In this document: positions 11,543 to 22,254 of the stretch, piece after piece
Layout of the letters: the number at the start of each line of letters is the position of its first letter
Position numbering within the stretch: the first letter of the stretch is position 1
Assembly: GCA_973895155.1 (NCBI GenBank)
Contig: OZ316895.1
Coordinates: 5,786,687-5,850,686, forward strand
Reading direction: 5' to 3'
DNA: 64,000 nucleotides
From: Marsupella aquatica
Taxonomy: Eukaryota > Plantae > Marchantiophyta
Translations under genes and position numbers: made by a program
The notes under the pieces: generated by a model
The model's input: the letters and a program-made list of their open reading frames with translations, nothing else
Told to the model about the DNA's origin: nothing
Databases searched by the model: none

Positions 11543-13567
11543 TTGATTTGGGAGGGATGGTTTCACACGGGTGGCCCCTACCCCTTAATGAATGGTAGGT
11601 TGTCTCCATTTTCCCCTACGATGGCCTTTAACCTCTAAAATGTGCGAAGGTGAGTAGGGTGCTGATCTCTAAGCTTTCAATTCAGGAAGGGAATAAAGTC
11701 CTGGAGATTCTTATCCCCAATGGTCATTTGAAGGGTCATTGGAGGTTGGAGGAAATTTGTCAGGCTCCCCAAAAAGCTTATAAGATACGCATTGGGATTC
11801 TTTGGAAGATTGAACTCTCTCCGGTTTCTCAGAGTGGGCTGCATTTCCGTGAGTAAAACAGGGGCATAGATCGGGCCGTTTGGATCCTCGCGGGTCTCAG
11901 TATTCATGAGGGGGAATTCGGGACTCAGTACTTGGTGAGGGGAAAGTTGGGGGCTGCTCCTCCCAAACCTGAGTACTTGGTGAGGGCGAAGTCGTGAGGC
12001 TTTGGCTCTTCCTGGGCCTTGACACTTTGTGGGGGGGTGGCCGGGCCATTTTGGCTCTTCCCGGGCCTGCGACAATGGCCCGCCATGGGAAAGGAGGGGG
12101 GCAAGGGGCAAGTCAAGGAAATTTCACCCGCAGCCACTCACGCATTGCCATGTGGCAGTGTTAAGTCAGTGTACGCTGTATACTAACCCAGATATGGAAT
12201 AGGGGCCATAGTGGTAAATAAAATTGTTTGGGGGACAGGATACTAAATTCTGACAGTCACGGGTACAGCTTAGTAAAAAGTTGTTTTGCCCCTTTGGTCT
12301 TCATGGGTTTGTAGCTTGTTTTCCCCCTCTAATTGGGTATCTTAGGAAACCTGTCTCAGAGTATGGCAGTTTTTGGTTTTTTAGCTATGTTGTATTTATG
12401 GAGACTTCCACCTCATTCTGCCATTGCACTCTGATACCTACACTAGATTTCTCATTCAATTGGATTTCACAGTTGCAGTGACATGGATACTATTGCATTT
12501 ATGGCACTTAACTTCAAACCCATAGAGTTGTAGAATCAACATCATTCAGGCATAATTATTGCTCTTGCCCATCCCTCTCATAGAATCCTCCTGCCTCTAA
12601 CCTACCTCACACATTTATGACTGCCCACATACGTTACTCAAATTAATTCACCCAATGAGACATAGTGAACCTACTTAGTACTGCTGGCAAATCAAGTCAT
12701 GGATGTGCTGCCCCTAGATGGACGGAGTATTGTACTGCCATCTGGTTAGAGCAGAAAATAAATAATTGGCTGAAAGAAGTTCACTTGAAGTGATGGGACC
12801 TGAATATGGCTCTTAAACATATAATAGTGTCATTGAATTGTAAAAATATATTTGAAACTGTCTTGTCAAATTAAACCTTAGTGTTCAACCTATTGTGATC
12901 ACTCAGGCCCCAACCAGGCTTTGTCAAAGGCCTGGTTATTAAAATCTTGGGCTTGACTAACAAGATTGGGGTCCTTGTGAAAACCTAGAAATAATTTTTC
13001 CTTGTAAATTTTAGAGATATTCCTAGCATCCTTGTGTATAAACTAAATATTCAGGGTATGATTGTTTAAAATGAAAAATGAAACAAGAGGGTGTCCTTTT
13101 AAGTTCTAGAGTACCGTTCAACTGTCTGATGTTAGCATCAACATCCTCAGCCATGGAGCTAGAAAGGGGTTGCATAAGCTTGTCCATCGTGTTATCCCAA
13201 AATGTACATTGACTATTTCACATGGGGAAAATGGCTACATGATGACTACAGCCCAAGGAAACTTAAAGAGTCATATGTATGAGCAAACTGGAAATGCAAA
13301 GCTAAAGAGTCATGCGTATAAACACACTGGAAACGTTGGTTACTCCAAATATTTACATCCAGAACTTTCAGCTTGGATTGGATCAGAAGTATACAAGTTT
13401 TGTCACCCATGTTCAGGATTTCAAATCCATTCAATTGCAGAGTATCTTGACATTGGTCCAATCCGCCTGAAAGGATTTGACACAACACATCGCAAGATTC
13501 CAAGCCAATGATGAAACACCACTTGTGAGGCCCTGCCCTGCTAAGAGCTCTGCCCCCAAAGGACAAT

Positions 13568-16501
13568 CCATTATGTATAGGATTAAGGGCTTGACCCATC
13601 CCATTATGGGGTATAGGGTCGAGCGTATGTGGAGGCCCCGTGGGCCGACGCATATATATGTGCAGACCTGTACCCCATAATGGGAGAGGGCGAGCCCCTA
13701 ATCGATGTTAAGGTGTTGGAGCGTGAATCTTATGAGCGGTCCAGATTGAAAGGCAGCTAGATAGGGAGATCAGACGGTGTCTTTTGAATCTGTCCCGGCC
13801 ATGAGCAACATGGCTTCCTATAAGGGAAGGAACTTGGACCCACCGATTGCACTTTCATTACTCACGGGTACACTATTGATTCAATCTGCATCCTGCATTT
13901 TGTGTCCTGCGCCTGCATTCGGCATCTGCCTGCCATTGTAGAGGTGTTTGTCACGACGATTTAGAGCTGGCGTTTGTCACGACGATTTGTAGGTGGCGTT
14001 TGTCACATCGTCAAAGTTGGTGTCAACAATCTGTCGGTCAACTCGATGGCCAACACACTCTTTGCAAGATTAATCACGGTCTCCCGTTGCCATGTGACTG
14101 TCGATTGTTATTGAGAATAGATCTAGTGGAATAGACTCTCATCGACTCAGACACAGGAAGAGTTCATATCTAGATTTTTGCAGCAAAGATTCTTGTTACA
14201 TTAGCCTTTGTGACATGATTTGATTGCTTGATTATGGCCAAGCCATCGTTTAGTATCGGCATGTCCAAGCTCAAGGGAATCATAGACCCAGAGGAGGATG
14301 ACAAGTCTAGCATCTCAGCGGTAAGCAACATTGTGCTCAATCTTGATGCGGTCAACCTCGATGACCAATGTGAGTCAGAGTTGCAGTTGCTTAATGACAC
14401 TCTCAATTTGTTGCTTGTTGATGAGTGTCCGAAGAAGCAACCACTTGTTATTACAGTTCCAGGTTGAGTGCCTGTAGAGTTTCTTGAAGAGGACCCAAAT
14501 TTTCAGAAGTCCCTTGTCGAGGGCGGCTCAAATCCGAGCGCCACTGTTGATCGATGGGCTGTGAACATAGTCAATTGTTTTTGAGAGTTTAAGAGCTAGG
14601 GAAATAGTATCAGTTTTGAGGATCTTCTTGCAAACGAATGCAATGCATTGCTCACGAAGTTCTTCGAACAGGTTTGTAAGAAGGACGAGACGCTTTACCC
14701 TACACAGACATTGATGGGACTATATCGTGCTTTCCACAGAGTGATTAGACGCAAGCAGGAGGTCAGGGTGAGTCAGAGTGGACAGGATGAGCCGGTTTTT
14801 CACATGCATGAGAGTCCTTTGTTTAAACAGGTCGGGGTTGCTTGCCTACTAGCAATGGAACGAACTAAGAGTCCGAATGGTGCAAATTTGCCACGGAAGA
14901 AGGCCTCTATGATTTCCTTAGCCAATGAGGCCACAATCCTTGCTCATTCATGCACTGCTGCTTTTCATCCTCGAGGCCTTCAACGTCGGGCAGTCTACTT
15001 TCTATTGTTTCACTTTGCCATTCGAGGAGGTGCTGAGTTGCATTTGCTTGCTAAGAGTGACTTTCAATTGGGCTCGGATGACAATGGACGTTATGTGAAA
15101 TATGACGAGCGACTATTGAAGAACTATAAAGTTGGTTTTGGACCGTACCAAGATGAGCATTTCCGCCCAGCTGTTACAAGCTATGATGCTGACATCGTTG
15201 CCACTATCAAAAGCCTCATATGTCATTTGCCTCTTTCAAGATTGTTTTTGTTTAACCAGAGCATTGATAGCCAACGGCCGCAAGCATGGTATTCCACTCA
15301 ACGTGTGTCAGTGAAGAAACTGAGTGGGATTGTGAAGGAGATACATCGAGAATGCGGTCTACTGACAAAAGGCATTTCTAAAAATCAAGTAGGACTACCT
15401 GTGTGACTTGCATGGCTACAGAGGGAGTCCCTGCACCCATTGGCATGTTGATAACCGGGCACAAAAGTGAAGGCGCTTATGCCCGATATGACCAAAGTAC
15501 TGATTCAAAGGTAAGGGCCGCCCAGAAGTGCAGCAACGGGTCGTCAAATTTTGGTGAGAAGTGTGAAGAGGAAACTGAGAGATTCAAGAAAAATGCAATC
15601 CAAGGCATCTAGGACGAGGATCTGTCACCAAAAAAATGGGTGAAAGCAGACGACAATAAGTAGTCTCATTCAACCTGCAATTGCTACTAGTTATGTTGCA
15701 ACGGAACTTTTGTTGTTGCCATTGATTGGTTTATGGGTGCAGCAAATGGATCAGGAGTGGAGGTGGTGACTACAGAAGCTAAAGTTGCGAGTGATGGATT
15801 TACGCTCATTAAGAACGAGGTAGTTGTTGTTGAAGGTGTCACGACTACTACTGGAAGCGACATGGTTATAGATGGGCGGATTGATTTGCTGCATGGTGAG
15901 GATCTCGTTGAGGATTGGATTGATGAGTATAACTGCAATGAACATTTCCAGCAGTTGGAACGTGGGGCTATGATTGTGAATGCAGTGCAGGCCCTATTCA
16001 ACCAAAAGCAGTCCCTGAACAACTGCACCATCTCAATCAAGATTGGGAAGTTTGGTGGCTAGAGTAGTGATAATTTGTAGCCTGTGAGGCACTTTGCAGT
16101 ATAGAACGATTGTGACCATGCATTATAGATCAATAGCCATTGTAGATTGTAGTCTTCTTATTAACACAATTGTCCCAAGATTTTTTAGGTAGAATGAGTT
16201 CATTGTTAATAGACACTACCATAGCATTTACGTGCGGGAAGGTCAAATTGACCACACATCCCTTTTTTTACAATCAGATTAAAGTCAACTTCCTTTCATT
16301 GTATTCATGGGAATTTTCAGTGATCCGATTGATCAGACAACCCATTTGTAAGTTTTTCATCGTATCAATAAATTTACCCTCTCCACCGTGGGAGTTTCAC
16401 TCATGATTTGAATGTGTCCGTGGCAGTTCTGTCTGTGGCAATCCTGTCCGTGGCAATATCCGCGATTGGTGATTGCGTGGGTGACAGTATACGATAATGG
16501 G
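13568..16501 (+). mobile_element. Crypton-like tyrosine-recombinase DNA transposon (decayed)
   Basis: Contains a DUF3504-type YR pseudogene. Candidate ends: CCATTATGTATA (13568-13579) and the inverted TATACGATAATGGG (16488-16501). Subterminal ~123-bp hairpin at 13581-13703. Boundaries are inferred. Confidence 0.6.
14234..16062 (+). pseudogene. Tyrosine recombinase, DUF3504/CryptonA-like (ZMYM/KCTD1/QRICH1-related fold), pseudogenised
   Basis: One reading frame runs through stops at 14465, 14582 and 14597, then a frameshift in the A-run at 15380-15384. Motifs: LTKFFEQVCKKDETLYPTQTL, PRGLQRRAVYFLLFHFAIRGGAELHLL, YDERLLKN, WYSTQRV, (N)KSSRTTCVT, ITGHKSEGAYARY. The C-terminal LNNCTISI motif lies in the same frame after further stops. 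Confidence 0.85.
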
Positions 16502-17799
16502 CATACCAAATAAAAATATGGTTAAAAATAATAAAATATAATCAACCCAAAAAGTGCAAACGTGTCAATCAATGAATGGACTGAAAGAACTTAACACCAC
16601 CAAATGACCTTAACGGTTGCAAAACTCTGGCGAAGGTAAGACATTGTGGCGGGCATTGTCGACAACTTTCACTGGTATGGACATGGTCACAGGTGAATCT
16701 CATTTCAGTACCTAATGTGTATTTGACTAAACCACAAAGATCAGGTTGGAACCATTTACGATTAGTCAACCACAACAAACTAAGTGGTCCATAGTTAATC
16801 ATAGTTATGGCTATTTTCTGATAACGCCCCCTAACTTTGGGTGGGAATACACCCTAAGTAGTAAATAGTGTGTCATACTAAAACCTAGGCCACCAGCTCT
16901 ACTCGAGGACTCAAAATTAATGTCGGGAAAGGGCTCAAAATCCTAGAAAGGTTTATTTTAGTTAGAATAAAAAGGATTCGTTGCTTTATTCGTTTTATTG
17001 AGTATAAAATGAGTTTACAACTCCTCCCATCCTTGCCAGCACATTCTCCCAGCTACACAGGACATCGTTAGGCATTGTATTTAAAATTCCCAATAAAATT
17101 TGAATCCTTTACAGCTACGGTTGAATAGATGTAGTTACCCATGCCTACAAGTGCTTGAAATAGAAAATAGGTTTCCAAATGCCTCCACGCCTCCAAGGTG
17201 CTTCAATGAAAACCGTTAATATTTTGAACGAACCTGGGTCCACCATGGAACCCGAGTCCTGCCGTTGTGAGTGGGAGTGCCAGGCCCCACTCCCAGACAC
17301 CACCTAATGAAACCCTGCGTTGCTCATGGGTACCCTACGTCCCTCCTTAGGATGTGGTTGGGTAGTGTGGTTCATGGGGACAACGCTATCATGGGGACAA
17401 CGCTATGGCTGCCTGGTCCCTAGGCAACTACCTACAGTACATCTATCTAACTATATGGTCTTTGACAGTGTGAGACATATAGAAAGTTACTCTCAAGGCT
17501 AGAGTAACTTTCTATATTTTAGGGTGTAACTTTCTATACTTTTATATCCTCAGAAACAGTGTTCTCAGTTGAAATAGGCCAGACACACATGTTTCGGCTG
17601 GGTAAGAAAACCTCTTGGCTGGGAACAATTAAAGTGACCACCCATGAATGTGTGGAAGCAACACAAGTTAAACCCTTTTCTGAATCAAAGATCCTGAACC
17701 AAGTTACTGCCATGGTAGATACGGCAACATATTATGAAAGCGTGACAAACTTCTCCCATTGACTCCCGTCCCCCTCACACATTTTTCCCGGATCTAAAG

Positions 17800-20700
17800 T
17801 GGCCCACTGACCAGTACATGGTTTACCACTTGTGACCATAGTCCAAAACTAATACTTCTGGGCTGGGGCGGCCCTTCAGGTTTGAGATTGCATGCCCTGT
17901 TGTAGTCCCTATCAGCAGGGTTTCCTTTAGTATTTTGGTGGGTTGAGAAACCTCTGCTTCGTGAAAAGTTTATGCAAGCGCATTATGACCATTGATTTTG
18001 GCAAATCAGCACTGAAACTTATCAAAAACCTCTTTCTTGTTGGGATGCTTAGACGACATAGCTAAAAGGAGAAACATAAGATACAATGTGGAATCAACAA
18101 CTGATGTGGTTTCAACCGCCTTCCATATCATAATTATAGGTCTTGTGGTACAATGTTAACCCTGGTCCTAACCAGGGTTAGTCTAAACTAGCTTATACTT
18201 GTATTATAACATTTCTATCATTCACAAGCCACTTCACCTGGTAGCAAAGTGCCGACATTTGCTAAGGAGCTCCCTATAAGCTTCTTCATGATGGGGACTA
18301 AAGAATGTTTTCTTTCTCTTGAATTACTTTCTATCATGCTCCTTCCCGTCTGGTCTGTCTACCTCTGCATTCAATTATAAGGCTACAACCAGTCACCCAT
18401 TGTACTTCATGCCCTTCATGATTTTTCTCTTCCAAATTCTCAGGGCATTCTAGAGAGGAGTGCACACTCAAGATTGGACCAGCTTAGTATGAAAACTCCC
18501 CTCTACTTTTACTGAAATTAGTAAAAATAAAAATCTCTTAGGCCTTTATGGCCCTGTTTTAGAACATTGAAGCTCTCCTTTTCAGGGCATGACACACAAT
18601 AATGCCCTGCAAACGTGATTTTACTATATGCAAAGATCAAGTTATTACTATGGTAGATACAAAAACATATTAGGGAGTCTCTAAACTTGGAGGGCCGCCA
18701 AAAACTTCCCAGGCTTACAGTAGCAATTTTGGTCATCTGGTGCAAGTGGTGAACCACCTATTTGCAATTCCACCACTTTAGTTCTGGAAAAATCTGTGTG
18801 ACTGTCACCGGAGCCATTTCTAAGAGGTTTGAGACAACCAAACTTTTTCTTTCTATCAATCACCATAGTACCCTATCCCGCCATAAAAGTTCCATCATTT
18901 TCTTTGAAAAATGAGAAAAAAGCAGGAGTTAATCCTGGCCCTTAATAAAATAATGAGTTTTTGGCAATGCCAGCTCCACCAATACACTCTTATCTCAGAT
19001 ACCTACTCAAGCTGCCCAAAACCTGACATATTTTAATTCATTGAAAATAACAAGAAAATAATTGAAAATGATTTCTGAAAATTTAAATATACACAAATAC
19101 TTTTAAATCATTAATAACATCGCAAAAAAATTAAACAAAATACACTCTTCTATTGCAACACCATGCTTGGACTCTGCAAAGTGATCATTGCCATCACCCA
19201 TCTCAGAGTCTTGGGCATTGTTTGCATTGTTTGCGCAATGACATCTTTTTATAATGTCATTTTTCATGCAATGACATCTTATGCGCAACGAAGTCTTTCA
19301 CACAAGAACATCTTTTGCACAACGACATCTTCTGTGTGACGCACAGGTATTGAGCTAGTGTATAATATTTTTCATCATACCCATTCCCGTCCATCCCGTC
19401 GACCTGTGCATACAGTCTGGGAGTGGACTCAAACTGCTCACCACCCATAGTTAATGCCCTTCATGGTTTTCATGTAGTTTTCAAGACATTCAAGCGAGAA
19501 GTGCATGCTGAAAAATTGGGTCAGCTCATTATGAAAACTCTCCTTTATTTTAGCATAAAATGAGTAAACTAAAAGTCTCCTAGGCTTAAATTGTGTTAAG
19601 TTCCTCCAACCAGAAGCTCTCATTTTTGGGGCATGACACACAATTCCTTGCAAACAGGACCTAACCAAGTTACTACTATGGCAGATATGGCACTATTTTA
19701 GGGCATCTCAAACCTCTTGGCTCCAGTCATGGTCACACAGGTTTTCCTGGAACTCAAGTGGCAGACTAACAAATAGGTTGTTTACCACTTGCAACCGAAG
19801 TCCTAAAATGCTACTTTTGGGCTGGGACATTTTTTGCTGCTCTTCAGGTTTGAGAAGTCATATTGTAGTGCCCACTAGATCCTGCCTGAAGACGAAGGAA
19901 CCTTTTCTTTCTATGCATTATTTTCCATCATGCACGTTCCCTTCAGGTTTGCCGACTTCAGCATTCAGTTGGGCAATGGACATTCAGTCAAGATTTGGGG
20001 CAGCTCATTATGAAATCTCTCCTTTACTTTCACTAAAATTAGTAAAACAAAAATGTCTTAACCTTTAATTATTATTATTAAGGTCCTCACTAGAGCATTG
20101 AAGCTCTCATTTTCTAGAGCAGGGCACAGAATGCCCTCTGCGAACAGGAGTTTACTAGATACAAAGATACAAAACAAATTTACTTTAATACATTACTTTG
20201 TCTCAATGCTTCTATCATAGTTGATGCCTTTTGGCCAGTGTTTTTGGTTGAACGGAATACTTTACTTAAAGGAAAAGTAAAACACAAAAAAGAAGGGGTG
20301 ACATGGTCATAGCTTTTTCATAGGGTTGTCCAAAGTTTTTTTTTTGTTTTACAAGCTTCTATAGCCACTTAGGGTCATGTCTCAAAGCTTCACAGTTAGG
20401 GATGATGCCTTTTGGCCATAGCTTTTTCACAGGGTTGTGCATAAGTGTTTTTTCTCACTAGCTTCTACAGGGACCTAAGGGCATGGCATGTGACAATCCA
20501 AAAGTTATAGATTATGAATTTTGTAGGCCATCATTTTGTCTATAGTCCCCCTAAGATATACAAAGATCCTTAACCAAATTAGTGCAACATATTATCGTCC
20601 CGGTTAGGTCCTGCCAAGGGACAAAGAACGTTTTCTTTCTAAAGCATTATTTTCCATCAAGCACGTTCACTTCCGGTCCGTCGACCTCCGCATTCAGCGG
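17800..20700. repeat. Degenerate large tandem/dispersed repeat array upstream of MO25
   Basis: Homologous blocks recur at ~18290, ~19370, ~19890 and ~20618 (TTTTCTTTCT..CATTATTTTCCATCA..GTCGACCT..GCATTCA, and CAGCTCATTATGAAAACTC..TTTCACTAAAATTAGTAAAA). 17815-17910 also matches 19775-19880. Confidence 0.7.
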
Positions 20701-20955
20701 GGTAGCGGGCTACAACCGGTCACCTCTGCTCTCTCCCTCTCTCTCTGTTCTTCGCGAGTAATGAGAGACGCACAGTCGGATAGCGGGTTACAACCGGTCA
20801 CCTCTGCGCTCTCTCTTTCTCTCTCTCCTTCGCGAGTCATGATTCCAGAGAGACGCGCAGGCGGGTAGCGGGCTACAACCGGTCACCTCTTCTCTCTCTC
20901 GCTCTCTTGCTCTCGCTCTCTCTCTCTCTTCGTCGCGTGTAATGATTTGCGAGAG
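20700..20955 (+). repeat. Three ~80-90-bp tandem units in the MO25 promoter region
   Basis: TAGCGGG(C/T)TACAACCGGTCACCTCT followed by a CT-rich tract and TTCG..GT.ATGA..GAGA, three times. A purine-rich, CpG-rich 5' UTR-like region follows. Confidence 0.85.
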
Positions 20956-22254
20956 AAGGAGAAAGAGAAACAGTAGGAGTAGACCAGTGCGTCAGCGATC
21001 CACGAAACACTGAATAGAGATAGAAGAGCCGCAGCAGCAGCAAGCGAGAGGACTCATGAGTAGTGTGCATTGCAAAGCTCCACTGTAGGTAGAAGGAGTC
21101 TTTGTGAATGAGGGAGCCAGCGATGGAAGAAAGGCGAGCGAGCAATGAAGAAAGGCGAGCAAGGAAGCGAGGAGGCGAGGAAGGAAGGTGTGATTGATTG
21201 AGGCGAAGAAGAACAATTGGGATGAGCGGACCACGCAGATCACCGCTGCTACTATAGAGCGCGTCATTTGGATCGTAGGGAATTTTGGAGCGGGGAGGTG
21301 TCCCACCACGATACGCATAACTAGCGGGACCGCACCGGAGAGGCAGGCAGGCAGCGAAACTAGATCGAGGGACAGCGAAGTGATGATTTCTTCGAGAATC
21401 TGGCGAGTTGCGGAAGTGCCGAAGAGTTCGAGCAGTAGGAGCACCAGCAGCGACACTAGCAGCACTGGGAGTGGTGGAAGAAGAGGGGGAGGGACGAGAG
21501 GAGGAGAAGAAGCGGCGGCTGCAGAGAATAGAATTGTTGTTGTTGTTCTTACGGCTTTTGACGGTGTTTCGGATGTGGTGAGGCGGATAGCAGCGAGGAT
21601 CCCGCCGCAGCAGCAGCAGGGTAGAGGTGGAGCTATTGCTGGACGACGCGCAATTGCGGTCGATTGATTGAGTGTGTAGTGTGTTTTGGTGGGTTGCTTC
21701 TTTGAGTGGAGAGCCTGCCTGGTAGTGTGATTGCTTGCTCGATTCGAGGACGTGATCGCAGTCAGTGCAGCTCGTGTCGATCCCTTCCTTTAGCGAGGAA
21801 AGAAGGATTTGACTAAGGGAAGCGCGAGGGCGACGTAGAGGGATTCATCTCGAATTGAGGGGATTTCCCACGGTGCACGGAGAAGAGGACGGGAAGGCGG
21901 AATCAGAAAGAATTCGGCGCCGCGGAGGGTTTGAAGGAGTTTAATTGATTGCCTGATTCCTTCCTCCGATGTGTAGGTGAGGAGAGAGAAGAGGAGAAGA
22001 GAGGAGGGTGGAGAGGCGTGGCGGGGGGATCTTCGACGATAAGAGACTTGTTGCATTTGTCAACGGTGAAGATAGAGGCAGAGGGAGGGGCGGGGTTTTT
22101 GGGGGGTTCCGACCCCCCGGTTTGGCAGGGAGGGAGGCCGCGTGGGAGGAGGAGGTGGAAGCGGAAGAAGAGATAACACGAAGAACAAGCCTAGGGTTGG
22201 GCAGATTCGAGTATTCAATCCCGAGGGAAGAGAAAGCCACGGACGACAGCAACA

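Noticed and set aside
11550-12292. GC-rich block and 144-aa Pro-rich ORF; right edge resembles a Mutator-type TIR
   Set aside because: No domain and no partner terminus found. Probably a TE remnant, but it cannot be classified.
17477-17540. 17-bp-stem hairpin ATATAGAAAGTTACTCT/AGAGTAACTTTCTATAT
   Set aside because: Too short and AT-rich to call a miRNA precursor or an element. Likely a repeat relic.
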